This document shows, piece after piece, positions 8,945 to 16,832 of a stretch of DNA of 45,266 bases; positions within the stretch are counted from its first letter, which is position 1, and the number at the start of each line of letters is the position of its first letter. Location: positions 1 to 45,266 of the IMG/VR virus record IMGVR_UViG_3300017778_001280; one strand, written 5' to 3'. The stretch is from a virus. Its lineage: Duplodnaviria > Caudoviricetes. The notes under the pieces are model-generated. The model made no database searches and was not told the origin of the DNA. It saw nothing but the letters and a program-made list of their open reading frames with translations. The position numbers and the translations under genes were made by a program.

Positions 8945-9120
8945 GCGACCAGACCACGCGCGAACAGATCGTCTATCTCAGGACGGCCTTAAAAAACCTT
9001 GCCGAATCTGCTGACCGTTACATCGAAGACGGATCATGGATTGAGCATTTATCACTGGACATTGAATTTGCAAAAGGCGTTCTCAAAGCCACCAAACCAA
9101 AGAAGGAAACCACACAATGA
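8941..9120 (+). CDS. Early small protein, 59 aa (MSDQTTREQIVYLRTALKNLAESADRY...)
   Basis: AGGAG RBS, ATGA overlaps at both ends; hand-translated. Confidence 0.75.
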   Translation: MSDQTTREQIVYLRTALKNLAESADRYIEDGSWIEHLSLDIEFAKGVLKATKPKKETTQ

Positions 9121-9332
9121 AAACCTCAGAACATTTTGCCCTTGACGAGTGGCTGACTGACTATCCCGACAACCTCACCTATGACGAAATCATCGCTATT
9201 TTGAATAACCCCGAGAACACTTGGTGCGCTGACGACATCACTGTTTGGGAAGTGGTTGAGGATTGCACTTGCGACCAAGTGGCGGGATTTATTGAAAGCA
9301 CAAAGGAACATTTTGAAAGGGTTACAGAATGA
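9117..9332 (+). CDS. Early acidic hypothetical protein
   Basis: 71 aa, AAGGA RBS, coupled. Confidence 0.75.
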   Translation: MKTSEHFALDEWLTDYPDNLTYDEIIAILNNPENTWCADDITVWEVVEDCTCDQVAGFIESTKEHFERVTE

Positions 9333-9781
9333 ACTACATCATTCGCATGCGCGATGACTTGGCAGAACAAGGCCTGTCTGTTCCTGCTTCGCGGACATTC
9401 GAAAGCTACGACACCATGATCGATGTGACATACATCACGGCAGAGGAGCTGGCGGGCGCGACACAAGGCGATGACCCTGCCGAGCCCGATGACCACGCAT
9501 TTTGGTACATCAAGCTGAAGGACGGAAGGTCTTTTTATTTCCTGAGTGTTGACCTCGACTTTGATGACGCAGACGCACCACCACCGCCAAACAAAGAGTA
9601 TGTCGTTTACTGGAAGCGCGAAGTTATTTACAAAACGACAGTTGTTGCATATGACCCAGATGACGCAGTAGACCGCGTTTGCAATGGATTCTCTACCAAC
9701 TCAAGCTACGAAGAAGACATTGACGACTATGGCGATATGTTTTTTATCTCAACCGATTTAATCGAAAAGGAAACCAAATGA
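9329..9781 (+). CDS. Early acidic two-domain protein with polyproline linker
   Basis: 150 aa; APPPP linker; C-terminal beta-beta-alpha module ending VVAYDPDDAVDRV. Confidence 0.75.
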   Translation: MNYIIRMRDDLAEQGLSVPASRTFESYDTMIDVTYITAEELAGATQGDDPAEPDDHAFWYIKLKDGRSFYFLSVDLDFDDADAPPPPNKEYVVYWKREVIYKTTVVAYDPDDAVDRVCNGFSTNSSYEEDIDDYGDMFFISTDLIEKETK

Positions 9782-10026
9782 AAGTATCAGAACTAATTGC
9801 AGAACTACAGTGCTTTGACGAGGACGCTGAAGTACACATGGCCTATGGAGCAGGAGACTACTGGAAGTCAACGCTCGCGCCAAAGGTCAGGACAGTGTTC
9901 AACGGCACAGTCCAGTATGCGACCTACCACCAATCCGACAAGCTTGTTGATTCAGACGACATAGAAGAATCGGAAGATGGCGAAGAAGAAGAATTCCCTG
10001 TACGTAAAGTTGTAATCATTGAATAA
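9778..10026 (+). CDS. Early acidic hypothetical protein (MKVSELIAELQCFDEDAEV...)
   Basis: 82 aa, AAGGA RBS; N-terminus pattern common in phage small proteins. Confidence 0.8.
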   Translation: MKVSELIAELQCFDEDAEVHMAYGAGDYWKSTLAPKVRTVFNGTVQYATYHQSDKLVDSDDIEESEDGEEEEFPVRKVVIIE

Positions 10027-10035
10027 GGAGCAATC

Positions 10036-10476
10036 ATGAACCGCGAACCACATAGCAAATACGAACACGGCATCAAAAAGTTTGAAGTCCGCATCTACTG
10101 GGATGACCAGACCGAAGTACTTAGCAAGACTTTGCCCGATTCAATCCTGAGAGAACTCGAGCAGTATGTTATTGACCTCGAAGACCTCCGCGCACAAGAC
10201 CCCGACAATTATTTTGGGGAGGCAGCCGAATACGCACAACTGCAAATGTTGGCAGACGATCTTATTGCCAAATACAAGCATGAGATCGTAAAAGATCGTG
10301 ATTGGTGGCATGGCACGGACGAGTACTCATTCAATATCCACTCGATGGAAGATGATAATGAGAATTGCGATTGGTACAACGTCAACGTGTACAAAGTTGA
10401 CCCAGTTACAGGCATGGACAACTACGAATGGATGATTGATTTACCCCGCGTTTTTATCAAAGGAGAGCAAGCATGA
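10036..10476 (+). CDS. Early acidic two-domain protein
   Basis: 146 aa, TAAGGAG RBS. Confidence 0.8.
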   Translation: MNREPHSKYEHGIKKFEVRIYWDDQTEVLSKTLPDSILRELEQYVIDLEDLRAQDPDNYFGEAAEYAQLQMLADDLIAKYKHEIVKDRDWWHGTDEYSFNIHSMEDDNENCDWYNVNVYKVDPVTGMDNYEWMIDLPRVFIKGEQA

Positions 10477-10664
10477 AGCATTTAATTGGCCTCTCATGGC
10501 CTTCAATCTATATCGTGACCAATCACAACGGCACAGAACTAGGCACATTCGACACACTCGAAGAAGCCAACGCTGAAGCCAAGCTTTACAAACAACAAAC
10601 AGGAAACCCTGCTTTTGTTGATGAAGACCTCAAACCACCAAGCTTTCAGGAGATCACAAAATGA
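10473..10664 (+). CDS. Early hypothetical protein (LGTFDTLEEA motif)
   Basis: 63 aa, AAGGAG RBS, coupled. Confidence 0.75.
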   Translation: MKHLIGLSWPSIYIVTNHNGTELGTFDTLEEANAEAKLYKQQTGNPAFVDEDLKPPSFQEITK

Positions 10665-10861
10665 CTGCAATGACTAAAACACAGATGGTGAACGCCTGTG
10701 CTGACTACGAAACGGATTGGTTCTTTAACCAGACGCTTGACGAACAGAAGACAGTGTACCGACACCTTCAACTGCATGGGTTTGAAGGGTTCAAGAATGT
10801 ACCTGACGACAACTTGTTTGAATCATGCGTTCACAACGGCACATTTTTAATGGAGGAATGA
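10661..10861 (+). CDS. Early hypothetical protein
   Basis: 66 aa, AGGAG RBS. Confidence 0.75.
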   Translation: MTAMTKTQMVNACADYETDWFFNQTLDEQKTVYRHLQLHGFEGFKNVPDDNLFESCVHNGTFLMEE

Positions 10862-10862
10862 A

Positions 10863-11237
10863 ATGAAATACACAGTAACCGCATCATACATAACTAACTG
10901 CGTTGCAGAAGTTACCGCCAATAACCCTGATGAAGCTTATCAAATCGCCAAGGACATGGACGGAGGCGAATTCAGCCAGACCAAACAAGACGATTGGAAA
11001 ATCCAAGACGTTAAATTGTCTGATTCCAACTTTACAGATGAACAACTCGCATTCATGGAAGCATACCAACGCAGTGTTGCAGACGCACCACGCGATGTTG
11101 TTAAACAATATATGTTATTTGAGGAAGATGACAAATTTTATAAAGAGTGGGGAAGCGAATACTACACGGGACTTGCTGACGCCCGAGGCGTATGGGAATT
11201 TGCCAAGAAATTTTACACAAAGGAGAAATCAGAATGA
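10863..11237 (+). CDS. Early two-domain protein
   Basis: 124 aa, GGAGG RBS; N-terminal module ending VTANNPDEAYQIA. Confidence 0.78.
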   Translation: MKYTVTASYITNCVAEVTANNPDEAYQIAKDMDGGEFSQTKQDDWKIQDVKLSDSNFTDEQLAFMEAYQRSVADAPRDVVKQYMLFEEDDKFYKEWGSEYYTGLADARGVWEFAKKFYTKEKSE

Positions 11238-11404
11238 ACTGCCAACACACACGCGAAGATTCTTGGTGGGAACACGATGGACAGGGCATTCCACTTGCCC
11301 GAGTCTGCTACAAATGCGTTGAATACGTATTGTCTAAGTATGACCCAAAGGTACTAGGCCACTACACCCAAGCTGATATTGATGAACCCATTAACGAGGA
11401 ATGA
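11234..11404 (+). CDS. Small Cys/His-containing protein (CQH...VCYKC), possible Zn binder
   Basis: AAGGAG RBS, ATGA overlap; 3' part of track ORF 11192..11404. Confidence 0.75.
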   Translation: MNCQHTREDSWWEHDGQGIPLARVCYKCVEYVLSKYDPKVLGHYTQADIDEPINEE

Positions 11405-11405
11405 A

Positions 11406-11621
11406 ATGATTGTTTTAGATAACCCAACCCAGATCGAAGTTGCACGGATGTTAACTCTACGCAAAGGCCTACAACTCGAGATCAAGGGAATGCGACATTC
11501 GGGACGCAGTTGCTACCAAATTATCAAAAGAGACTTCGGCCTGACAGGTACACGCGCCAGAGTCCTCGAGCAATTTGAACAACTGATCCCAAATTTCGCT
11601 GAAATAACCAGACGCGACTAA
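11406..11621 (+). CDS. Last early-cluster protein (MIVLDNPTQIEVARMLTLRKGLQLEIKGM...)
   Basis: GAGGA RBS; converges on the primase-like gene. Confidence 0.75.
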   Translation: MIVLDNPTQIEVARMLTLRKGLQLEIKGMRHSGRSCYQIIKRDFGLTGTRARVLEQFEQLIPNFAEITRRD

Positions 11622-12403
11622 ATGAACCCACGCAGGGATTCGGCAACCTTCACAGTGCCGAGTCTCTGCTCACTGTCGTTGAAGTCCTCGTTAGCCTCCC
11701 CTACCCAGTAGCGTGAGGCTATTTTTTTGGCAGTAGCCACGCCCATAGCATCGTTGTCGGCAATCACCAGTGGGTCACGCACAGTCTTTGCAATCTCAAG
11801 CATATTCCCCGCAGAAAAGCATACATGGATTGTGTACCTCTCCCTGAGATGCTTCATCGCTCTGCGAACCGACATCCCAGTTGCAAACCCCTCACACAAG
11901 ATATTGCGACCTTTTGCGTCAATGACGAGGCTCGCGCCCTTCGTTACTTGGCCTGACAGGAAGCGTTTTGTGCCGTCTTCTTGGATGATTTGGCAACCCA
12001 CAAGATGATCCCCGACTCGCATTGGTAAGATCAGGAGGCCATTCCACACCAATCCCTTGTCTACGAACCCCTTGCGAATCAAGTAGGGATGTTGCTCTTT
12101 AACACTGTTATTGAGGATGAACGTAGCTTTGCCAGCCGCTTTTTTCTGGCGTAACTCGCGCTCTTTCTCAGCAGCCAACCTCTTTGCTTGGGCATTTGGG
12201 TCTGGGATGAACGGCTCTTCTGACTTGTAGCGTATATGCCTATCATGAACCGCAAAGTTAATGATTGCACCTTCACGACCATCAAAGATATACGCGCCGT
12301 TCTGCTTTCGGGGATGGTCTTCTGTGCCAACTCTGACCCACCTGTCCAAGACTAATTCCTTGATCAGGAGGCCATGATCTCTTGCAAACTCTTCGAACCT
12401 CAT
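11618..12403 (-). CDS. Toprim-domain primase-like protein (TraC/P4-alpha-like primase region)
   Basis: HPYLIRKG, LILPM, ILCEGFATG, VIADND, DFND motifs. Confidence 0.85.
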   Translation of the reverse strand: MRFEEFARDHGLLIKELVLDRWVRVGTEDHPRKQNGAYIFDGREGAIINFAVHDRHIRYKSEEPFIPDPNAQAKRLAAEKERELRQKKAAGKATFILNNSVKEQHPYLIRKGFVDKGLVWNGLLILPMRVGDHLVGCQIIQEDGTKRFLSGQVTKGASLVIDAKGRNILCEGFATGMSVRRAMKHLRERYTIHVCFSAGNMLEIAKTVRDPLVIADNDAMGVATAKKIASRYWVGEANEDFNDSEQRLGTVKVAESLRGFI

Positions 12404-13872
12404 TTGTTAGCCCTTGATTTAGCCCACGCGATGTTTTTGGATTGTATCCAGCCACTGGTTTTAATCGTTGTCGGCTCTGGGTTTGTGTGTAGACCTCGGG
12501 GGAAAGCACCATACTTCTCTTTGTATTTGTGTGCAGCCCAACCCTCTTTGTATCCACGCAGGCGGGCAAAATAGATCAACTCAGAATAGAACTTCTGATT
12601 CTCTTTTAGAACCTCCCGCTTGGTTGTCTCTAATTCTGTCAACTCGCCCGGCACGTTTACGATCTGTTTGACTGGCTTTTCATACCCACACTCACCGCAC
12701 TCACGATCAGCCCAGATCCACAAACTGCCACAAGCAGGACACTTGGACTCCTTCTTCTCTACCTCATCAGGCTCTTTCTTCGCAGTTTCGGTGCCGTTGT
12801 GTAACTCCGTTACGCCCTCCTCGAACAAAGTGTCCCACTCCTTGCGGAATCTCAGGTAATTACCTGAATGGTCAAGCCAAAGGCCATATTCTTTGCCATC
12901 GTAAGGACGCATGATCCGCCCCATCTGTTGAACATGACTGCTAAACGACTTGGAAAACGGTCTTGCACTCACTCCAATCATCACATCAGGGACGTCAAAA
13001 CCTCTGGTCAGTATGTCTGTGGCCACCAGACCATTGATTAACGTATCTGGACGCGAGAAAGCCTCGATTGTTTGAGCTTTGAACTCGTCATCTTCCAAAT
13101 AACTGATAGAAACAAAGTTATAGCCTGCCTCGTTGAACTGCCTAACCAAGTCCCTGCCGTGCTCTACGCCCGAGCAGAACACGACTGTCTTCCTCGGCTT
13201 ACCAAACACCTGCATGGTCTTGGTGATCCACTCTTGGACAATGTCGCCAGTGATCTGCATACCGCGCTTGGTAGTCTCATCTTGCGACCACTCACCAGCC
13301 ACCTTCTTCGCGCCACTCATGTCGATCTCTTTGGCGATATAGATCTTCAAAGGCGTCAGCCACTTGTTCTCAATCAACTCACCAGTAGGTTTAGCCCCGA
13401 CCACGTTGGTATAGGTATCCCCCAGTCCATTGGTAAAAGGTGTGGCGGTCAGGCCAATCACCTTCATGTCTGGTCTGTCTTTGATGAACTGGATAATTTG
13501 CCTGCGTTGCACATGGCACTCGTCAATGATCAGCATAGAGACTTCGGGAAAGTTATCCCGACTCTCCAAGGTCTGTGCGCTGCAGACCTGAATCTTTTCA
13601 TAAGGCCGATAACGCCAATGGTCAGCCTGCATAACTCCATGGTTAATACCGTAATTGCCAAGGCGCGTACTGGTCTGGTTAACCAACACGATCCTGTCTA
13701 ACACCATGGCAACATTCTTAAGTTGCTTGGCCTCCTCAAGCATGACGGCCATTGCAACCTCCGTCTTACCGAACCCCGTAGGGGCGTAGAGTAGCTGGCT
13801 TCTGTGGCCATCTTTAAACCCTTGGGCAAGCTTCTCCACGACTTCCGCTTGATGCGGTCTTAATTTGAGCAT
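12400..13872 (-). CDS. Superfamily II DNA helicase (RadD/ResIII-like) with C-terminal Zn ribbon
   Basis: LRPHQ, APTGFGKT, IIDECH, GLTATP, GFDVPD, QQMGRIMR, CPACG...CGECG. Confidence 0.92.
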   Translation of the reverse strand: MLKLRPHQAEVVEKLAQGFKDGHRSQLLYAPTGFGKTEVAMAVMLEEAKQLKNVAMVLDRIVLVNQTSTRLGNYGINHGVMQADHWRYRPYEKIQVCSAQTLESRDNFPEVSMLIIDECHVQRRQIIQFIKDRPDMKVIGLTATPFTNGLGDTYTNVVGAKPTGELIENKWLTPLKIYIAKEIDMSGAKKVAGEWSQDETTKRGMQITGDIVQEWITKTMQVFGKPRKTVVFCSGVEHGRDLVRQFNEAGYNFVSISYLEDDEFKAQTIEAFSRPDTLINGLVATDILTRGFDVPDVMIGVSARPFSKSFSSHVQQMGRIMRPYDGKEYGLWLDHSGNYLRFRKEWDTLFEEGVTELHNGTETAKKEPDEVEKKESKCPACGSLWIWADRECGECGYEKPVKQIVNVPGELTELETTKREVLKENQKFYSELIYFARLRGYKEGWAAHKYKEKYGAFPRGLHTNPEPTTIKTSGWIQSKNIAWAKSRANK

Positions 13873-13907
13873 GTGATTCTCCTGCTGGGATACGCCCAGC
13901 TTCGGGT

Positions 13908-14732
13908 TTATTTGGTTTTCTCTGCCTTTTCAGCGCGCTTCTTCCAGTAGGCCATCTGCTTTATCATCTCAGCATTCTTGCTCTGGAACTCATTGCGTGA
14001 CTGGGTCATTGTCCTAAGTTGGAGCTCAAGATCTTTGACCTCTGCGCGAAGTGTCTCGATGGTTTCCTCGATCTCTTTCTTCGCTGTTTGTGATACAGGC
14101 AACGACTTAATCGCTAACTGGTCTTTGAGCTTTGCGTTCTCTTCAGCAATGATGGTGTGCTCTTTGGCCATCTCTTGCATCTTGTCAGCCTCTGTGTACT
14201 CAGGAGCAGCAGGCCAGAATGGCACTTCTTTTTTCTTTGTACCAATCTTGGTAACGTCTACCTTCTGGCCTTTCTTGTTAACTCGAACCGCCTTCTCAAG
14301 ACCCAGCGCCTTTCGCACACGGCCAACTGTCATTGCAGACGTATCGCAATACACCGCAATCTCAGCGTCAGACTTCTCGCCCAACTCCCAATCCTCAAGC
14401 GCCATGCGAACACTGTAGCGAGTCTCTTCGGGTGTGCGTTGCTTACCATGCTTACTGTTTGCAGGAAGACACGCAATGAAAGCTTCGCGCTTTGTGCCTG
14501 TTTTGACGATGGCTTCAATGTCTTTGTAGCCTGCGCGTTTGTGTGCGTGATAGCGGTGAAAGCCATCACTAGGCCAGTAAAACTTGCCGTCAAACCACAA
14601 ATCAATCGGGGTGAAAACCTTGCCGTCAAGCAGTTTTTCTGTGTAGCTTTGGACCAATTGTTCATCGATCTCTTGGCGAGGTTGTGTATTGCCATCGAGG
14701 CGGATCTTTTCTAGCTTAATTCTTTCAGTCAT
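13908..14732 (-). CDS. ParB-like protein: ParB/Srx N-domain, HTH, C-terminal coiled coil
   Basis: QPRQEID, DGFHRYHA, N-x-x-HG, SDAEIAVYCDTSAMTVGRVRK; start ATG 14732 (ATGA overlap, AAAGGT RBS). Confidence 0.8.
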   Translation of the reverse strand: MTERIKLEKIRLDGNTQPRQEIDEQLVQSYTEKLLDGKVFTPIDLWFDGKFYWPSDGFHRYHAHKRAGYKDIEAIVKTGTKREAFIACLPANSKHGKQRTPEETRYSVRMALEDWELGEKSDAEIAVYCDTSAMTVGRVRKALGLEKAVRVNKKGQKVDVTKIGTKKKEVPFWPAAPEYTEADKMQEMAKEHTIIAEENAKLKDQLAIKSLPVSQTAKKEIEETIETLRAEVKDLELQLRTMTQSRNEFQSKNAEMIKQMAYWKKRAEKAEKTK

Positions 14733-14917
14733 TGTTTTACCTTTGTTGATCTTCTTGATGCACGACCTGCCCAGCAGGAGGCGCAGTGCCATTTGGCGTG
14801 GTTAAGTTGGATGCCACCCTCTGGTGGTTTCATTTCATTGCAGTTATTGCACTCCTTATGTTGATGTACCGGCTGCTTACTTCCGATTGATAGCTGTTGT
14901 TTTGCGAACCCATTCAC
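14729..14917 (-). CDS. Small Zn-ribbon protein (CNNC...WHCASC)
   Basis: 62 aa, two CxxC, AGGAGG RBS. Confidence 0.75.
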   Translation of the reverse strand: MNGFAKQQLSIGSKQPVHQHKECNNCNEMKPPEGGIQLNHAKWHCASCWAGRASRRSTKVKQ

Positions 14918-15099
14918 CTCATACCTCCTTCACTAAATCCCTTTAACTCTGGAAATGCCGCATCTACAATCTCGCGGATTCTTTTATTTATCTTTGACGC
15001 CATCTCAGCTTTGATTCTGAATGGTGTGACGTACCAGTGGTATTGATTGTTATGCGCCAGCTTGGCCAGCACACGCTTGCGGTTAGTCCTCATTTTCAA
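14914..15099 (-). CDS. Small basic hypothetical protein
   Basis: 61 aa, overlaps both neighbours, AAGGAG RBS. Confidence 0.6.
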   Translation of the reverse strand: MKMRTNRKRVLAKLAHNNQYHWYVTPFRIKAEMASKINKRIREIVDAAFPELKGFSEGGMR

Positions 15100-15373
15100 A
15101 GTTCTTCTCCTTTAGTTTGGCCTCAACCTCTTCAACAATTGCTATTGGATTTTTTAACTTAGTGCAATGCTTAAATTCTTCGTCAGTTAGACCTTCCCAC
15201 TCGCGGTCATTGAGCTGCTCCACCATGTCACACAGGCCGGCAAAGCAGGTAGGACAGAAGGCCACTGGCAGAATGCCAAGGTATCCCTGCACTCCGCCTT
15301 CGTCATCTGTGAAGTCACACTGGCAGACATTGCACACATGGTCAGTCCCAACGTGGTCAAAGCCTTCGATCAT
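15083..15373 (-). CDS. Zn-finger protein with C-terminal WxGLT...KLKEKN module
   Basis: CNVC...CPTC; REWEGLTDEE...VEAKLKEKN. Confidence 0.75.
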   Translation of the reverse strand: MIEGFDHVGTDHVCNVCQCDFTDDEGGVQGYLGILPVAFCPTCFAGLCDMVEQLNDREWEGLTDEEFKHCTKLKNPIAIVEEVEAKLKEKNFENED

Positions 15374-15606
15374 GTGTTCTTCTCCTTAAGCTTGGCTTCA
15401 ATGGCTCGGTAAAAACTACCCCAACCATCCATCGACTCAATCCATTGCCTCCACAATTGATGTTGCTCCTCATCCGTCAGACCTACCCACTCATGCTTGT
15501 AGTACATCGGTGTCCAAGCAGGCTCTTTCTCAGCGTAAGCTTTGTCTGTTGTGCATTGGTCTGGCTTGCCGTCTGGGTAGTGCCATGCTACTGGTTCGTT
15601 AGCCAT
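15370..15606 (-). CDS. Hypothetical protein with EPVAW and WVGLTDEE...IEAKLKEKN module
   Basis: 78 aa, AAGGAG RBS. Confidence 0.75.
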   Translation of the reverse strand: MANEPVAWHYPDGKPDQCTTDKAYAEKEPAWTPMYYKHEWVGLTDEEQHQLWRQWIESMDGWGSFYRAIEAKLKEKNT

Positions 15607-15796
15607 AATTTTTCTCCTTTAGCTTGGTTTCAATAGCTTTGGCATACACTTTGAATGTCGGAGGCATCTCATATTGGCTCATTAACAAATTGACCGCAGT
15701 GGCAACATCAACGGCCTTCAAACATTCCAGCATCTCACTTTCTGTCAGACCCTTCCAAGGGCGCACGTATTCTTGGATGTCATCGTCATCAGTCAT
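15599..15796 (-). CDS. Hypothetical protein with WKGLTESE...IETKLKEKN module
   Basis: Start at ATG 15796 (ATGA overlap, GGAGG RBS). Confidence 0.75.
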   Translation of the reverse strand: MTDDDDIQEYVRPWKGLTESEMLECLKAVDVATAVNLLMSQYEMPPTFKVYAKAIETKLKEKNYG

Positions 15797-16020
15797 GCCT
15801 CCCTCGCTTCCATCATGGCGTCTGCAATCCTGTAGCAACGTTTTGCCTCGCTCTTCAATTGCAACTCATTGAGCTCCACTTCGGCGTAGAAATACCATTC
15901 CATTGTTTGCATGACTTGAGCAGCAAAGTAATCTCTGAGCTCCATACCGCCTTCACCGCCTATGGCAGTGACTCTGGCTTCATCACTAACACTGATAGAG
16001 TGGGTGGGAAATGCTTTCAT
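15793..16020 (-). CDS. Conserved phage protein (AFP...GMELRDYFAA...YRIADAMMEAR type)
   Basis: Widespread phage motif GMxLRDYFA; start ATG 16020. Confidence 0.8.
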   Translation of the reverse strand: MKAFPTHSISVSDEARVTAIGGEGGMELRDYFAAQVMQTMEWYFYAEVELNELQLKSEAKRCYRIADAMMEAREA

Positions 16021-16184
16021 GATTTGCTCCAAAATAAAATGATTCCGGCTACGATCACAATGAAGAAGATCGCATACGTTGGCCAGACTGGCTCTTTACC
16101 ATACGGCCCACTGATGGGCTCACTCTCGCAGTTAAACGCTTCGTGCATAGTGCGTGGGAAGCGCTTTGTTGTATCATTTTCCAT
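16017..16184 (-). CDS. Small membrane protein (TTKRFPRTMHEAF + C-terminal TM helix)
   Basis: CAGGAGG RBS before ATG 16184. Confidence 0.75.
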   Translation of the reverse strand: MENDTTKRFPRTMHEAFNCESEPISGPYGKEPVWPTYAIFFIVIVAGIILFWSKS

Positions 16185-16202
16185 ATTACCTCCTGTATTA
16201 AG

Positions 16203-16232
16203 AATATAACTCATGAATTGCTCATGTGTCAA
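16203..16232 (-). promoter_or_regulatory. sigma70-like promoter for the replication operon
   Basis: TTGACA-N18-TATATT; spacer contains CATGAG twice. Confidence 0.7.
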
Positions 16233-16244
16233 CTGTTATGTTAC

Positions 16245-16565
16245 AAACGAAAAGCCCTCTTACCCGTTGACCCTCCCTCCCCCCAGACAGGCGGACAGAA
16301 GGACCAACGACTCATTATCAAGGAGCTTTGCCCAGTTGTTAAGTGAGCTACCGGCCAGCCAAGCCGCCCTCCCCTGAGATCCCGATAAGGTCAGTTTGCA
16401 CCATCCTTAACGATCAAATCCCAGCGTACTAGGGTATGTGTCTTTCGACTTCCTTGTTTATTCCGTTCGATTGCTCTACTTGGAGGTGCGGGTCACACCG
16501 AGGTTCTGTGTTTCTTGAGTTCAGCCCATACAGGCCATTAGCTAACGCGCTCTGACGGCTGCGTA
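16245..16565 (-). ncRNA. Putative structured non-coding RNA of about 300 nt (unassigned)
   Basis: No credible ORF; GAAA, GCAA and UACG tetraloop hairpins and a G-U-rich terminal helix, all favouring the minus strand. Confidence 0.45.
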
Positions 16566-16570
16566 GGAGG

Positions 16571-16654
16571 TGAGACTGAGACTGCTCACATGTAGCAGTG
16601 TTTTCAAAACATTTACCGTCCAGTGGCGCTAACCCACTGACAGTCTCAGTCTCA
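16571..16654 (-). ncRNA. Structured RNA motif, copy A
   Basis: Perfect 14-bp closing inverted repeat TGAGACTGAGACTG; inner hairpin CAGUGG-GUUAGCG-CCACUG; AAACACUGCUACAUGUG. Confidence 0.55.
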
Positions 16655-16780
16655 AAAACAAAAAGGCCGCTTACAACTGCGTCCGGTCGGAGCTTTGCCT
16701 AATATCTCTCGCCACGAAAGCATTAGGTAAAGCGGAACGCATGTGTAAACGGCCTCAAAGTCATTGCCTCCGACAGCAAC
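16654..16780 (-). ncRNA. Leader RNA/attenuator-like element with loop-bulge complementarity and U-tract
   Basis: 5' hairpin loop GUCGGAG complementary to CUCCGAC bulge in a long stem that ends UUUUUGUUUUU. Confidence 0.55.
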
Positions 16781-16786
16781 AACCCG

Positions 16787-16816
16787 TTTATATCAGATTA
16801 TTTCAACTGATGTCAA
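16787..16816 (-). promoter_or_regulatory. sigma70-like promoter reading into the RNA cassette
   Basis: TTGACA-N18-TATAAA with TGn extension, ending about 7 nt before the 16780 hairpin. Confidence 0.6.
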
Positions 16817-16832
16817 CAAGTTTCAAAATAAA

